Below are positions 36,043-50,283 of a DNA stretch of 50,283 bases, piece by piece. This stretch comes from Octopus bimaculoides (lineage: Eukaryota). The translations under genes and the position numbers were made by a program. The notes under the pieces were generated by a model, which saw nothing but the letters and a program-made list of their open reading frames with translations, had not been told where the DNA came from and did no database searches. Where the stretch lies: NCBI RefSeq assembly GCF_001194135.2, contig NC_069000.1, positions 1,868,018-1,918,300 on the forward strand, written 5' to 3'. Position 1 is the stretch's first letter. Every line of letters begins with the position of its first letter.

Positions 36043-39000
36043 TTAAATGCTGATAGCATTAGGAATGTTGACAGGGTCCAAGACTTCGTAAGGTTTATCT
36101 AAGGTCCTATTTCTTCTTCTAATTCCGTCACTAATTCTTTTCAAGTCTGACCGGAAACTAAAATAGAAAAAGAGAGAACGAGAAGAAAAAAAAGAAATAA
36201 GAAAAATATAACGAGATATTAATGCAGATTAAATTCTGTCTGTTTTCCAGAACACATTTAGTAATACTACCACTGAGACCTTGTCACTTTTTCATCTTAA
36301 CGTTGCCAGTTAAGAATGAAATGTACCAAGATTTTATCACGTGCTTCTTCACCAGTTTTGGTTCAGTCTCAGAGATATTATAATTTTCATATTGTTAAAT
36401 ATTCAAACTTAACATTTTTATCAAACTTAATAAAATTATCACATATTCTACTTATCCCGTTTTCACACTCATTCATACAAAGTTACACATTTTAAATATA
36501 TTATCAAACATTAGCACAAGAACATTTTATATGGTATACATCCTATTGTCATGTATATCAAATGTTATCACATTATCATGTTATATTACGTATTAATCCA
36601 TATTAAAATATATCACGACATATCACATGTTGCCACGTTATAATACGATTTCTCTTTATCAAATTTATTACATACCATTATCCAATACTTGCAGATATTA
36701 ACATATAACATCATTTCTTTATTGCATACTATCGTATATTAATCGCATAATACTGCATTGCAGTATATTATCATTGATTATCACATAGTATTACATATTA
36801 TATGTCATATTAACACATACCATCTCACGTTAACACCATACATTATATGATATTAATAGATAATACTGATCTCACATGTTATGACGTATTATATTAGTAC
36901 ATTTTCACATATATGCTACACAATGTCACATATATATTTCATGCATCTACGGCGGTGAGCTGGCAGAGACGTTAGCACGCCGAGCGAAATGCTTAGCAGT
37001 ATTCCTTCTGCCTTTACGTTCTGAGTTCAAATTCTGCCAAGGTCAATTTTGCCTTTCATCCTTTCAAGATCGATAAATTAAATGCCAGTTGGGTCGATCT
37101 AATCGACTGGCCCCCTCCCCCCAAATTTCGAACCTTGTGCCTAGAGTAGAAAAGATTATTACATGGTATCACATATGATGCTATCACAAATTATGACATC
37201 ATTTTCACGTTATTAGATGTTTACTCACTTTATCATTATCGTATTATATCACGTTCTCACACCACATCCCATTAACCCATGTTATCACATATTATCTACA
37301 TTATCAAATTAACGAACACAACATTATGACGTATTGGAGAGCCTCCTAATATCACATGCCTTGTATATTTTTTTTCGTATAATTTAACATTTATACTTAC
37401 TCTTTGACACAACCAACTGCTTTCGGGTCGTAGATATATTGTGTTTCAAAATTACCCAAGGAATTGGTTGCGCTTTCACTGAGTACGCGAGTCAGTGTTA
37501 CAATGTTAAAAGTTTCTGCTTTATTGGGGATAGCAGCAATGACATCGTTCTCTGTTTTAGGGTTCTATAGATGTAAAATGGCGGAAATGAAAAGAACAAA
37601 GAGGAAAATAAACCATTCTTGTGTAGGTCTACGTCTACATTAACCCACTCATAAGAGATATGTGCAAGAAAAAAGCTGAACTTTTAAAACTGTTTCCAAC
37701 AAGTCATTTCAGTGTTCTCACGACTACAATGTTGTGTGTCAGTGACCTTGATCTTCGGTTTAACAACATCTCCACCACATCATTTCGTCATAGATCTACA
37801 TGTCGTAGAGTGAACGTATATTTAACGTACTTGGTTACTTTCAATTGATAAAATGGTTGGAAACGAACTTATTTGCTTGAACTTCTCTTTAAGATTTTAC
37901 ACAGCAGATATTTCTTTTGTTGCATTATCCCTAATGCTGCAATACATTAATCATACGTTATTACATGTTATCAAATGTTGTCGGAGATTCCTGCAATATG
38001 ACATATTATCTCACAATGTTATAAATTAATACATGATCATTATCACATATTGCATACTTCATTATCGCATACTAGCACACATTAACAAGCTATATAAAAC
38101 ATTCTATAAAAAAAGAAAAAAACGAAAAATAAACTTACTTTGTCTTTTAACAATGGTGTCCTTAGCGTCATTGGATAATTTGTAGGGAAACCATATTCTT
38201 CATACTGCAGGAAATTGGCAGCGGCATGTGTCACGCTGCAGGTGAAGATAGTTATGGCTAGAATCTCTTTTAATTCTTCTTTTGAAGACATGTGACCTTT
38301 GCCATCTTTCATTGGTAAACCCTGTAAAAAAGCAACGGACAGAATTTTATATTCAACTCTATTGAAGTGTGAAATCGCGTAGCCTAATGGTCGGGGATGT
38401 CTCTTCCCAGATTGAGCGTCCCACTGTGTCTTTGAGAACGGCCCATCATATTACGTTGCTCCAGCTTGCTCAACTGTGAATGTATACCAGTCGATTGCTG
38501 CTGCAGCTTTCTCTCCCCTTCTCTCTCTTTCTCTCCCTGCAGTTACCACATCTCCCTTTTTTTGTGGGTCAAGAGGTAGACGGGCTTAGAGTGTCTCTAT
38601 AGCAGTTGATGATCATTTAAGTGACTAAAACAATTAGCAATAGCATGATGCCTACTACCAGATCAGACCAAACAAAACTAGACTCAATGGCAAGTGAATT
38701 CCGAGAACGTACGAAACTATTAGACATCAAAACGAGGAAGCTTTTCCTACGTTGTTCGACCTGCTAAAATTTGCACCCAAATCAACCTCATATCACAGCC
38801 TGTGGCAATTTTTCTCAATCTTTTTTGACTTCATAGGACACTGGAGATCAAATACTAAACATTTACTCCTGGATTTTGTAACTAACAGGTTGAACGGTCC
38901 AGCGTAGGGGCATTGAGAAAAATAAGGAACCCTAATTTTATACAACTTCATGGACAACAACAGTAACAACAACAACAACAACAACAACCAGTCTCCAATA

Positions 39001-39404
39001 ATTATAAACATCATTTACCTGTAAACCTCCATTCTCGTGTCCTACGGCCATACTTTCTATCCAGTTTTGTATCTCCCAGTCATTAGTTACATCGTCTTCA
39101 TTAGCTGAATTTGTAATTAAAACGGAAATATGATTAGAAAAAATCCTGTACAAATATCGGATGGTTTCATTTTTGGCAAGAAAAAAACTAAAAGTAAAAC
39201 AAGCGGTTATTTGTAACAATTTCTCGTTCCTTCAATTTGTTTTCAATTTCTAAATCGATAAAAAGAAAAGAAATGGATTTATCTATTGCTTTTGCGGCGT
39301 CACGTGTTCTGTCCCCAACGTAGCAGTAAATTGCTTTGTTCTGCTCCCTATATATCAACGGGACGCTATGTATGCTTAAATATATAGCTTTTATATATAT
39401 ATAT

Positions 39405-39451
<47 letters not shown>

Positions 39452-39455
39452 GTGC

Positions 39456-39516
<61 letters not shown>

Positions 39517-40785
39517 AGACGCAGTGGCCCAGTGGTTTGGGTAGTGGACTCGCGGTCGTAGGATCGCAGTTTCGATTCCCAGACCGGGCGTTGTGAGTGT
39601 TTATTGAACGAAAACCTCTAAAGCACCACGAAGCTTCGGTAGGGTGGCGGCGGCGAGCCCTGCTGTACTCTTTGACTACAACTTTCTTTCTTCCAAACCT
39701 ATTTATTGTAATATAATAAATATAACATAAAACAGATAAACAAATCGATATAATTACCATAGTAGATATCTATATAGCTGGATACATACTTATATATTGA
39801 GTTGTACAATAGAAGTGAATCATCTCTGAAATAGTATTTGGGTAAAACTTTCGGATCATCAACCTGAAGTTAGAAAGCAGAGATATGTTCTCAACTAAAC
39901 TGAGTTGCGCCAGAGAAACGTGTTGATTATGTTCTTTTCTACTCTAGGCACAAGGCTCGAGATTTTGTTGGGTGGGTGGGGCAGTCGATTGGATCGACCT
40001 CAGTACGCAACTGGTACTTAATTTATCGACCCCGAAAGAAAGACCGGCACATTTGAACTCATCGGAATTTGAACTCAGAACGTAACGGCAGACGAAATAC
40101 CGCTAAGCATTTCGCCCGGCGTGCTAACGTTTCTTATTTCTTTATTGCCCACAAGGGGCTAAACACAGAAGTCTTCTGTCCACGTCACAAACTTGGGCAA
40201 ATATATTTTTTTAATACAAGACCACACAGTTGTTCACGTATGCAAGTCTCTCATCTCCCGCCACCGATGCCGTCCAAAGGTAAGATAAGGCCGAGAGATG
40301 TTGGAACCACAGCTGTCTCAGGTATTGTCCGGATACAAAAACCCAGAAGAGATACTTAAAGCCACTTCGCTCTGGTTCTAGTAATTCCACTTACCTAATC
40401 TAAACTAGTAATTCTTTACTAACATCGAAACTATGAACATAAACTTATAGTTGGAAACGCAGGATTTGAAACCAGAACGCCGAGAAATCAACAAAAAGAG
40501 AAACGCTTACTTTTCGGTTTTCAAAATCAGTAGCTGGATGTCCATCACTTAAAAAGTTCCATCCCTGTGAACTATACAGATATATATATATATAATAATA
40601 TCAGGGATAAACTAATATTAGGGAGATTACTGCATGAAACTTGGTAAGAAATTCCCCATCTGATCAGTAACATGTCTACAATATTAAATATTCACAGAAT
40701 AACCATTAATAAATAATTTGAATGTATAATTTCAGATTTAAATAAATATTCATGATTATAAGGGTGTCTATTTACGCCTGTCGTA

Positions 40786-40846
<61 letters not shown>

Positions 40847-41533
40847 ATGTATAATAAAGACATTACAAATGAGAAAGTCAATACGGATGTATATAAAACG
40901 TGTATATCCAAAAGTTAATAAGATATAATAGTAGAAATATATTTACATATACACTTACGCACACACTCAAAAACAAACAGAGGCAGACAAACACATACAC
41001 ACACGCACATACATAACACAGATACATACACACAGACATACTATACACGTACACAGAAAAAAGATGCAGACATACAGAGAGAGAGCCTCCCCATACGCAC
41101 AGACCTATGCATAGAGTACCAGAAAAAAAGAAGAAGCAGCATCGGAGTGATAGCATGACAGTCCAAGCTCAGACAAACTGGACTCAAATTTCACGTAAGA
41201 GTATGCAACTGGGCACTTCCTATTGCTTTTTGAACATACCTATCTGTTCAACCTCATCAATAATACAGTTGACACAGGATAATTTGCGTTTATATCTTAC
41301 CTTTTATGAATAAGTTCAAACATTCCATCTCGTCCAATCACCATTACATTATCGATCAAACCTCCAGGCGATACTAGTATTTGAAATGCATAACTGGGAA
41401 AATAAAATCAGGTGAATCAAAAAATTGAACAATATTGTAAGAAAGGTGCGTCTAAACGCCCAGGTGGTGATAATTATTATATAAAATCAATGTTACCTAC
41501 CTACCTACCTACATACACACACACACACACACA

Positions 41534-41566
<33 letters not shown>

Positions 41567-41781
41567 GAACGGGCGCAAATATACACATATTTCGTTTACG
41601 TGTAGTGATATCAATAACTGATTGTTATAACTCAATATTTATGCTAAATCGTCAGATGAGTTGAGTAATATGAATTATTAAATGGACAAGGGAATAGGAA
41701 TTACGTAAACAATTATATATTTATGCATGTGTATATACATATCTATCTATCTATCTATCTACCTATCTATCTATCTCTCTC

Positions 41782-41823
<42 letters not shown>

Positions 41824-43631
41824 CATCTATCTATCTATCTAACTATCTACCTATCTGTAATCACATTTCTATTTCTCCAAGGCCAATTTTGAACTCCTAG
41901 ATTTTTACATGGTCGTCTATGACTACCATCGTCCCTAGGTATAGCATATAGAGAGAAAGCACGTCAAGGATAACTTCATCTCGTATGTCTTTCATATATT
42001 TAAGACACGTAAGATATAATTTGAGCAAGATTTGACTAAGCATTTTAGCACTTTTGCCATCTGATAGATATTTCCTTACTCTTTATAGCAACTGATCTTA
42101 CCAAACATTTATTCCTACTAAAAAAAATTGTTTCACTAATTTTTATTGTTGGTAAATTGTGAAGAATGCGACTGAAAATTAGAGGTTATCTCTTGCTATT
42201 ACAAGAGAAGAAAACCCCCAGAAAAAAAAAACAAAAACAAAAACAAAACTCACTCGTTGATGGCTAAAAGGAAAAGTGTGTGAGGTGCCAAAATCTTGTA
42301 GACTGGATGCGACACAGATACGTTTCTGTGAAGGGCAAGAACAACCACTTGCATCAATAAATGAGTTAAACCTGCAAAATATATTCGTTGAAAGTTTTTA
42401 TGAATTTTATTGCTTTGCTGTTGGAGGGGAAGTGTTGTTGTTGTTGTTGTTGTTGAGATATCCGTCGTTTATGCATTTCATTGTTGATGATAGGAACAAG
42501 AAAATGTTTTCCTTTTTTTCTTTTTTGCTGTCAACTGATTCACACACACACACACATATATATGCATGTATATATGAGCAATTACGCATATTTCTTGATA
42601 TGTAAATGTGGATGTCGTAAATATATGCGTAATGGCTCGTCTATTCTTGTATGTGTTAATGTGTACGGTATGAGCGTTTATGTGAATGTGAGATGCCGAT
42701 TTGTGGATGAATGTATTTAAGTCCCATTCTCTTATGTATGACCTTGCTATAAAAGAAGTTTTCACTCCCATATGGTCAACCACTTTACCAAGGAGATTAA
42801 CACTAGCTTTCCATTGGAAACATCATTTATATTTATGAGTTATATCCCTCTAACCTGGATATTTACCTAGCTATAAATAAACATGAAAAATAGAACGGTT
42901 GGCTCAAGCGAATATCAAATTTCTGTTTTGTTGTTCATGTGACGATAATATTAGAGGTGAGGTGTTATATACAAAACATCAAATGGTGCATCTCGACACA
43001 CAGAGCTTTAGTCATTCTAGAGCCACTTAATCAAAGATCTCATACGGCATATTGGCAACCAAAAGGTTACTCTTTAGTTTCTCTTTGCACCCGAGCAATG
43101 GCTGTGAAACATTTCCTTGTCCACATTCAAGCTGGCTGTACATTAGGACTTTAAGTATTCTTTTGTAATCCATTCTCATCATAAGACCAGCCCCGAGTAG
43201 TTATGGTTGCATGACTGAAAGCCAGTGTCGTGTGACACGGTTAAGTTTTCATAAAGATGTTTAAATCAGTGGGGGGTGGGGAATCACGAGATTAAATAAC
43301 ATAATAGAATGTAACAAGAAAAGAAAGCAAATAACCGAGCAAAAGAAATCAGTCAATATTGATTATTGCAGCAACAAAGGGTTGTTAACTGGCAGCATGT
43401 TTCAGTTTTATGACGTCTCTACATCTGAGCACAGTTTCCATCATAGCCTCGAGGCAATCATGTGTAAAATTATAAATTGGGTGGACGAAAATTGTGCTGA
43501 AGCTTCCGGTTGAAGGAGTATTTTTTTTTGTAGATGGTAAACCTTAAACATCTATCTGGCACTTGGCTGGCTATGGCGGTGTGAACACTGCTACAAGCAC
43601 GAAAGGCAAAGTCGACCTCGGTGGAATAAAC

Positions 43632-43675
<44 letters not shown>

Positions 43676-46562
43676 TGATGATAATAATAATAATAATAAT
43701 GATGATGATAATAATGATAATACCTAGGTGCACAACAGATTGATGGTAACTGGAATCAGCCAGGTTATACCACATTTTCGCAAGGGTCCAAACGCCCCAG
43801 TCGTCAGTAGGCAGGAAGACCTGAAAGAAAGGAAATATTGTAATAGTTTAATAGGAAAAATGCAGAGAAAGAAATGAAATTAACCAGAAGACATAGAAAT
43901 ATGGCGAGCGAGCAGAGGTCAGTGAAGTGGCTTTGAGAATAAGCATTGGGGAATAGATGGGAACGTGAGAGCTTTATACCATATGACAGAATGGAAATTT
44001 GTGTGTGGTTGGGTTGGGCTATCTGGCGCACGATCGTAAGGTCGTGAGTTCAATACCCTGAGGACTACGTTAAGGGTAGTTCAACCAATTGCACTTTAAT
44101 TTCATGAGAAGGCTGTTCTGTTGATCGTATCAGCTAGGATGCTCGTCGTCGTAACCGACGAAGTGCTCCTAAATATAGAGCAACGTGGAATAAAGTGTCT
44201 TGCGGAAGAATACGAAACACAGTCCGGTCCGGGAATCGAACGCACTGGGCTCACAATAATGGGGTAGTGAGTTCGATTCTCGGACCGGGCTGCGTTTTTG
44301 TATTCTTGGGCAAGTCACTTTGTTTCACGTTGCTCCAGTTCACTCAGCCGTAAAAATGAGTTGCGACGTCACAGGTGCCAGGCTGTATCGGGCTTTGCCT
44401 TTCCTTTGGACATTGTCGGTGGCGCGGAGACGGGAGGCTGGTATGCATGGGCGAAAGCCGGTCTTCCATGAACAACCTTGCCTGGACTTGTGTCTTGGTT
44501 GGTAAATACTTGGTTGCAACCCCAAGGACGCTCATGACCGATGGTGGTCTTTACCCATTTTACTTTATATTTGTTTATACCAGACTGAAGAGAGCCAATG
44601 GCTATCCGACAGATGAGAGTGAGCGAGGCATAGCCTTCGTTTAGACATCTCTCGAGAGAAATAGCAAAATTTTATCCACCTTACTGCAACGCCGGAGATC
44701 TTAGTCTTGCTCGTTTCTTTTTCTCGTCTGTCCCAAACAACATTACCCGGCCTACTATGCTTACATTTGATGATAGTTTGTTGGAAAGGTTTCACTAATG
44801 TTCCTTGTGTTGATGCTTCTGGCGTTCAATAACAGGGTAAGGTTATGTACAAAGCTAAAAGTATATCAAAACAAAATATACGTAAAAAACAATTGCATAA
44901 GAAAACAACGTATTGCTGAGATACTTACAGGATTGTCTGCCCCTTTCTGCTGTTGCAGTTGTATTGCAATTGGCACCAAATCATCTTCGGAATTCAGCAT
45001 AAATAACGCAATAGGCGCACATATCTGAAATACATACACACTTTTCATCATAGAAAGTTGCGGTTTCAACAGCATTTACGGTTATCACTACTTTTGTGCT
45101 GAAATATTATTCTGGTTTCTGTAACCAACGTGAAGATTCGGTTGGATTTGACAGCACCTTCAACACTTGCAAATATGTCTGAAAGAATATGTTATTCTGG
45201 TTATTATAACAAATTCTGAAACTTGGTGAAGGAGGAAGCCTCAGCGGCTCTTTCAATATAATTACAGAAATGCTATTCCAGTCCTTATAACCAGTTTGAA
45301 GATAATACTTTTTAAAGTTTTAGCGTCCTTATCGTATTCCTGTTATGCTGCCTTATCAGCGCGTGTGTATGTTTTACTGTTTTCAGTATTGTCAATTCTA
45401 TGAGTATGTATGTGTCTGTGAGTGTGTGTGTGTGTGTATTTACGCATTTGCTACATATATAGTAATCTGTAGTAAAGGACATTTTACGCCGTTTTAATGA
45501 GCCCACATCTAATGAAGTGCGTTAAAAATCACCGGTCCCGCTCAGAATGAACCCGGTGGATCATCAGAGAAGCTATCGCGTTCTCATTTGTTCTGCTACT
45601 TATGAATGTGACTGTCTTCATGTGTGTATGTATACATATATTTGTTATATGTGTGTATGTGTGCGTGTGTATGAGTGTGTATGTGACTTACATCATATTG
45701 TTCTTTGTGGCAAATGCCTTCTAAAATTTCCAAGTCTGTGTAAAACAGTCGTTTCTCTTGGATTAATTCTTCCAATGTTTTTCCGTTCAGAACTGGTTTC
45801 ATCATGTCTTCATCCACCCTAAGTCTAAAAAAAAGAAGAAATAAAAAAAACAACAACATAATAATAACAGAATCGGGTAACATTATTGGTCGTCTGCATT
45901 GGCCAAAGTCATTTTGTGAAGTTAATAGATGTGAGATAAAATCACATTGTAGATATTTGCATCAAAGTCTTTTCGTTTGGAACGACGGAAAAAAACTTAT
46001 TAGTTTTTGCTACATATATAAGTAGTGACTGGAGATATTTCCATCAAATAAGATTATTCTTACAATTTGTAAACGAAAACTTCCTTTACGAGTATTTACA
46101 AAAAACGAGGAAAAAAGAGAAAAGAAAGCAATTTTTTGACAAATGAATGTGTAAAAATGAATTTAAAAACAAGATTATCTTAAAAGCAACTGAAATAATC
46201 TGTGGATCTGGGGATGCTTGGTGAGCCCCAAATATTTAAATTGTTTTTGTTTAAATATACAATTATTCTAAATAGGGAAAATATTGACTTACTTTGAAGG
46301 GATTTCTTCACACAATTTTATTGATTTTGGGTTACAACCGTTAAGTCGTTGGTATCCAAACCACGTGTCTTCGTTCCAATATGCACTAGCCTGTAGTGTA
46401 TAATAAAGACAATACATTTAAGCATAAAGCATGAAGCGATGCGAGAACTGTGTCGCCATTGGTGATGGCCATATAGAGAAGGACTAATAATTATGTCAAG
46501 TTTCGTTTATCCCAGTCCTTAGGAAGTGGATCAGGGAAAATCTTTAATGAACACCGCACGTC

Positions 46563-46622
<60 letters not shown>

Positions 46623-49517
46623 TGTCTGCGTGTATATATATATATTTATTTATTACGTTTTGTAGATTTTGATAAGTTTATATGATGTTTTAAACCTAAA
46701 AACATCTGTATTATTCACAAATGCTCGATATTGAAAAACGAAAATATTTAAGGAACTCACTTTTGGCTTTGTAATCCCTTCCTTATAGTAAATATTATCC
46801 AGGTCTTCCAGTTTCTCCCAGGAACTTGTTGTGACTCCACTAAGCCAATTTTTCAGCTTTGTATCCCATTTCACAGAAAATATTTGCCACTGGAATAAAA
46901 ATTAAAAAAATGTTTCGTGTAGTTTGGCGGGCGAAATGTCATCGAACACTTGGACGTAAAGGGATATAACTAATTCACGGAGAGCATATTTGTTCGACGC
47001 GCTATGGATTCTTGCATTATTTTCCTTATCCTCTTTCTCCATTCATAACACACACACACACGTATATTTTTCTCTAGATGTAGAAATGCAGTACTTAACG
47101 GCTTCCACATGTTAATCGATAGTTTCAGTGTAGTCCTGTAGAATCACTGTTGCATACTTTTTTTGCCAGTAAAATGTGAGTTTCTTGGTACGTATCCCCT
47201 TTTACATACACACATATATATTCACACAAAGTTGAAACGCTGTTTGATTAATTTTTCAGCGTACAATTTTCATCATCCCACTACCAAGTATGACATTACC
47301 CCTTCCTGTCTTATTCATCTAGCACCCCTTCCTTTCTCATTTATAAATACAAGAGTATTATTATAGTAGATTATCTCGGTAACCATGGGAGCTATGAAAA
47401 AATACAAAGCCCAGCATCGGATCATTCTACACATCTATAATTTTTCGCGCAATTCCACCCAGCCATTTGACCGTAAATCCCAAGACAAGAAAGAATCGCC
47501 CATGTCAAATTTATATGTATGGATATATATATATTTATGTACCCTTATACCTATATTTACATACACGTAGAGTTGTGTAAAATACTTTTATTATCAATTG
47601 TTCTTACCTGATATGTTTTTGAGAATTCTTCATCAGCTGGCAAAGTTTTCAACTGTTCAAAGAAAAATAGAAAATGTTTTGAAAAGATATTTAACATATT
47701 CTTATTATTAATCATGTTAACGGCAGCGGATTATTAGAATCGGTAGAGCGTCCATCAAGTTGATCTAGTGTCTCTTTATGTTCCGAGGTGAAATTCTCTC
47801 AGGTTTGACTTCGATGATTGCTGTCGAAGATATCGATAATATAAAGTAGCAATCAATACTATGTTGATGCGATCACCTTTATTCTCCCACCCCGTACATA
47901 ATGCATGATTTTGGCATCATGGCAGGTATTTTTATGATTTATTATTTTTAAACAAAAACCCCGATCTTTTAGAGGCAGATAGATGGGGCGTGTATTGAAC
48001 TGAATCCTCAAACCCCAGTACATTACTGGTATTTATTTATTTGATCTCAAGTAAGTTAGAGGGGGACATTATATTCAAAATAGAGCCCGATCGAATTTTT
48101 ACCTCAGCGTTCAGAGTGAACAATGTTTCTGAATTAAAGGCTGTGAGCTGGCAGAAAAGTTAGCGATATTTCGTCTGTCTTTACGTTCTGAGTTCAAAAT
48201 CCGCCGGGGTCGATAAATTAAGTACCAGTTGCGTAAGGGGTCAATCTAATCGACTGGCCCCCTCCCCACAAAAATTTCGAGCCTTGTGCCTAGAGTAGAA
48301 AAGAATTAATTAAAATTTCATAGTTTACTCCCTGCCAACCATGAAACTCGAACTCATATCCCTGTGATTACCGGTCATAGTGCTTTACCATTATTTCCTC
48401 ATCTGTATCTTTCAATACATCTAAACACTTTTAAAGCAAACATTGTTTCATTAAAAAAAATGCAGTACAAATAGAAAAAAAAAAGAGAGACGTGACAAGT
48501 TCTTGGGTCGATATGATCGATTCTACCCCAACTCCGAAAGTATTTTGAGGTCATATTCATATTTATGAGAAATCAAATGTTTAACAAATGTTTAACCCTT
48601 TAAAGTAGTCCAGTGCTAGAAACAACAGCCAAATTTTCTATCAAATATCAATATACAGTAGGATATTGGAAAGGTTTGCATTTGATAATTTACTGTCCTC
48701 GCCAAAAAATACCCACCCCACAACCTCCGTCCCAACCAAACCAAGAACAAAGTCATTCTGTGTTGGAAAGAAGCAAACATCGGAGAGATAGCGTTTGAAA
48801 CTCTTTTTTTATCATTTAATCTCTGATAATCCTCTCCACACTGGCGCATAGTAGTCCACCTCAAGAGAATACTGGATTTAACATATAGTAATTGTGATTA
48901 TCTCACTACTCTTGGCAGCTTCACGAATTTCATAAACAATTGCAAAATAGATGAATAAATGCAATACAGTACAATAAATAAAATATAAGAAATATGAAAT
49001 GACTTTGAGAAATCCTTAAAAATATACTTGCCTTAACAGGTGACCCCTCACTGTACTCTAAAGAATATATCTCACGTTTGTACTTGATTTCATTTTCCCG
49101 TTGCTCCTTATCCGGATCGTTCTGTGGTAAGAATGTATCCCATGGATAAAGAGTATAATGGATGGATGGCCTTATCCAACGGAAAACAGGAAACGTTACG
49201 CTCTTTCTAGTAAACCCACGTACCAATTCCAGTGTTTGTATGAACCAAATCGAAGATGTTAATTCGACTGTGGGCTTTTCGGTCCAGAGTTCAATTTTTT
49301 TCACTTCTGTAAACGATTCCGGGAGTTGAATATCAAAAGTGTCGAGGGCCCCGATTTTAAAATCATTTTTCCAGAAGTTGTCCACAAGGATCTTCTCACT
49401 GCTGTTATCCGAAGTATCGTATAATATAACATAAACGCTAGCATCAGTTGCTGCTCCTTTCTGGTCACCAGTTCGAATCCGGAGTGTAATGCTATTTTTT
49501 GATTGCATAAGACTCAT
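36043..49517 (-). CDS. Lipoxygenase LOX-C, 15 coding exons, 669 aa
   Basis: Minus-strand exons: 49517-49032 (GC donor), 47652-47608, 46889-46761, 46390-46293, 45824-45692, 45024-44929, 43820-43724, 42371-42254, 41393-41301, 40571-40511, 39863-39758, 39104-39019, 38321-38139, 37564-37401, 36157-36043 (2010 nt, open frame, TAA). Motifs [17 protein letters not shown], terminal NAISI. Confidence 0.95.
36951..37158 (+). mobile_element. SINE-like family 1 copy (near full length), in LOX-C intron 14
   Basis: GGCGGTGAGCTGGCAGAGACGTTAGC...CTTGTGCCTAGAGTAGAAAAG. Confidence 0.78.
39515..39690 (+). mobile_element. tRNA-derived SINE family 3 copy
   Basis: A-box-like TGGCCCAGTGG, B-box-like GTTTCGATTCCC; homologous reverse copy at 6760-6925. 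Confidence 0.7.
39945..40130 (-). mobile_element. SINE-like family 1 copy
   Basis: Reverse complement of family 1. Confidence 0.72.
42985..43200 (-). mobile_element. RTE-like LINE C-terminal fossil in LOX-C intron 7
   Basis: Minus-strand translation [43 protein letters not shown] resembles the RTE-clade ORF end (WAGHVxRMxxxRxPKxLLYGEL..G.R..GRP...KD.LK), then stops. Confidence 0.55.
44250..44560 (+). mobile_element. tRNA-derived SINE family 4 copy with CORE-like TTGGGCAAGTCACTT segment
   Basis: GAGTTCGATTCTC B-box, TTCTTGGGCAAGTCACTTTGTTTCACGTTGCTCCAGTTCAC; an opposite-strand head fragment lies just upstream (about 44190-44245). Confidence 0.62.
48139..48305 (+). mobile_element. SINE-like family 1 copy (internally deleted)
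   Basis: GGCTGTGAGCTGGCAGAAAAGTTAGCG...GATAAATTAAGTACCAGTTG...GCCTAGAGTAGAAAAG. Confidence 0.75.
49026..49031 (-). other. Non-canonical GC 5' splice site of LOX-C intron 1 (AAG|GCAAGT)
   Basis: Same position as the GTGAGT donors of LOX-A (478) and LOX-B (28469); gives a 486-nt exon in phase with exon 2. Confidence 0.85.
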
Positions 49518-50283
49518 TTCTGTTTATATGGAAATACAAAAGGCAAAAACTATTATTTTATATTATATTATATCAAAGACACAAACGCAGGTATATATAG
49601 TAACGAAACAAAAACGTAAATTCCAATGAAAATACTGACCGTTAAATTCCAGTAAAATGAAACAAGACCTATGTCTATCAGTAAATTTCTGAAGCAAGCA
49701 AAAAGCTGGATAATGAAACAAGCAAAAAATGAAAGAGTAACAACCAGCTAACAATGCGCCCACATACACACATCTGACTTATACATATGCCAGCTCTCTT
49801 TCCCATTGCAGAAACAACTGTAAAGGAACGAAATTGACTACACGATTCCTGTTCCCTACTTCTTTCATTAATTTCATACTCTGTTCTCGTTACTCTGAGC
49901 CAAATGCTCCCTGAGATGGAACCAAAAGTTATTAGAATCACTATATGTCGAACGCCGAAGAAGGGAAATAACCCTGAAATCCGGATACGTTCGTGCTGCT
50001 GGTCGTGGTGAGAGGGATAACTCCCTTGGCAAACAGGACACAGTCGTGTGTCGATAAGCCAGCTGGAGGAGATGTCCTCCTGGGGCTAAAAGCAACAGTA
50101 ACATCCACCCCTAGGGGTCAGCCACACTTAAGTGGCAATATACTACACTTTATCGTGCAGTTACTGTTAATACTTCATTTAGAGAATTAACATTGCTTGT
50201 TTTCACCTTTTCAATATCAGTGAAGAATGTCACTGGAAAAGAAGATATAAGATTTTGCCAGGTTTTTCTCTCTCACCAAGGTC

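Noticed and set aside
36043-49517. LOX-C as an allelic or haplotig duplicate of LOX-A or LOX-B
   Set aside because: Several exons are highly divergent, and most intron sequence and repeat insertions differ; consistent with true paralogs.

Overview
Eukaryotic, AT-rich, microsatellite- and SINE-dense draft-assembly DNA with five N gaps; the repeat landscape suggests a cephalopod (Octopus-like) genome, which is an inference. The window holds three 15-exon animal-type lipoxygenase genes (PLAT domain plus non-heme-iron catalytic domain): LOX-A (+, 1-12913), LOX-B (-, 16702-28955, exon 2 hidden in an N gap) and LOX-C (-, 36043-49517). I assembled the exons by hand; intron positions and phases match across the three, and each keeps all five iron ligands. 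All three have Ala at the stereo-determining (Coffa) site. The PLAT exon is nearly identical in all copies while the substrate-pocket exon is very divergent, and patchwork conversion tracts link the paralogs. LOX-C intron 1 uses a GC donor. Four minimal type-I hammerhead-ribozyme-like motifs with covarying stems are present. One is in sense within LOX-B intron 6, next to a tRNA-like head, and may come from a composite tRNA-head plus hammerhead retroelement. The rest is SINEs, Tc1/mariner and RTE fossils and simple repeats.
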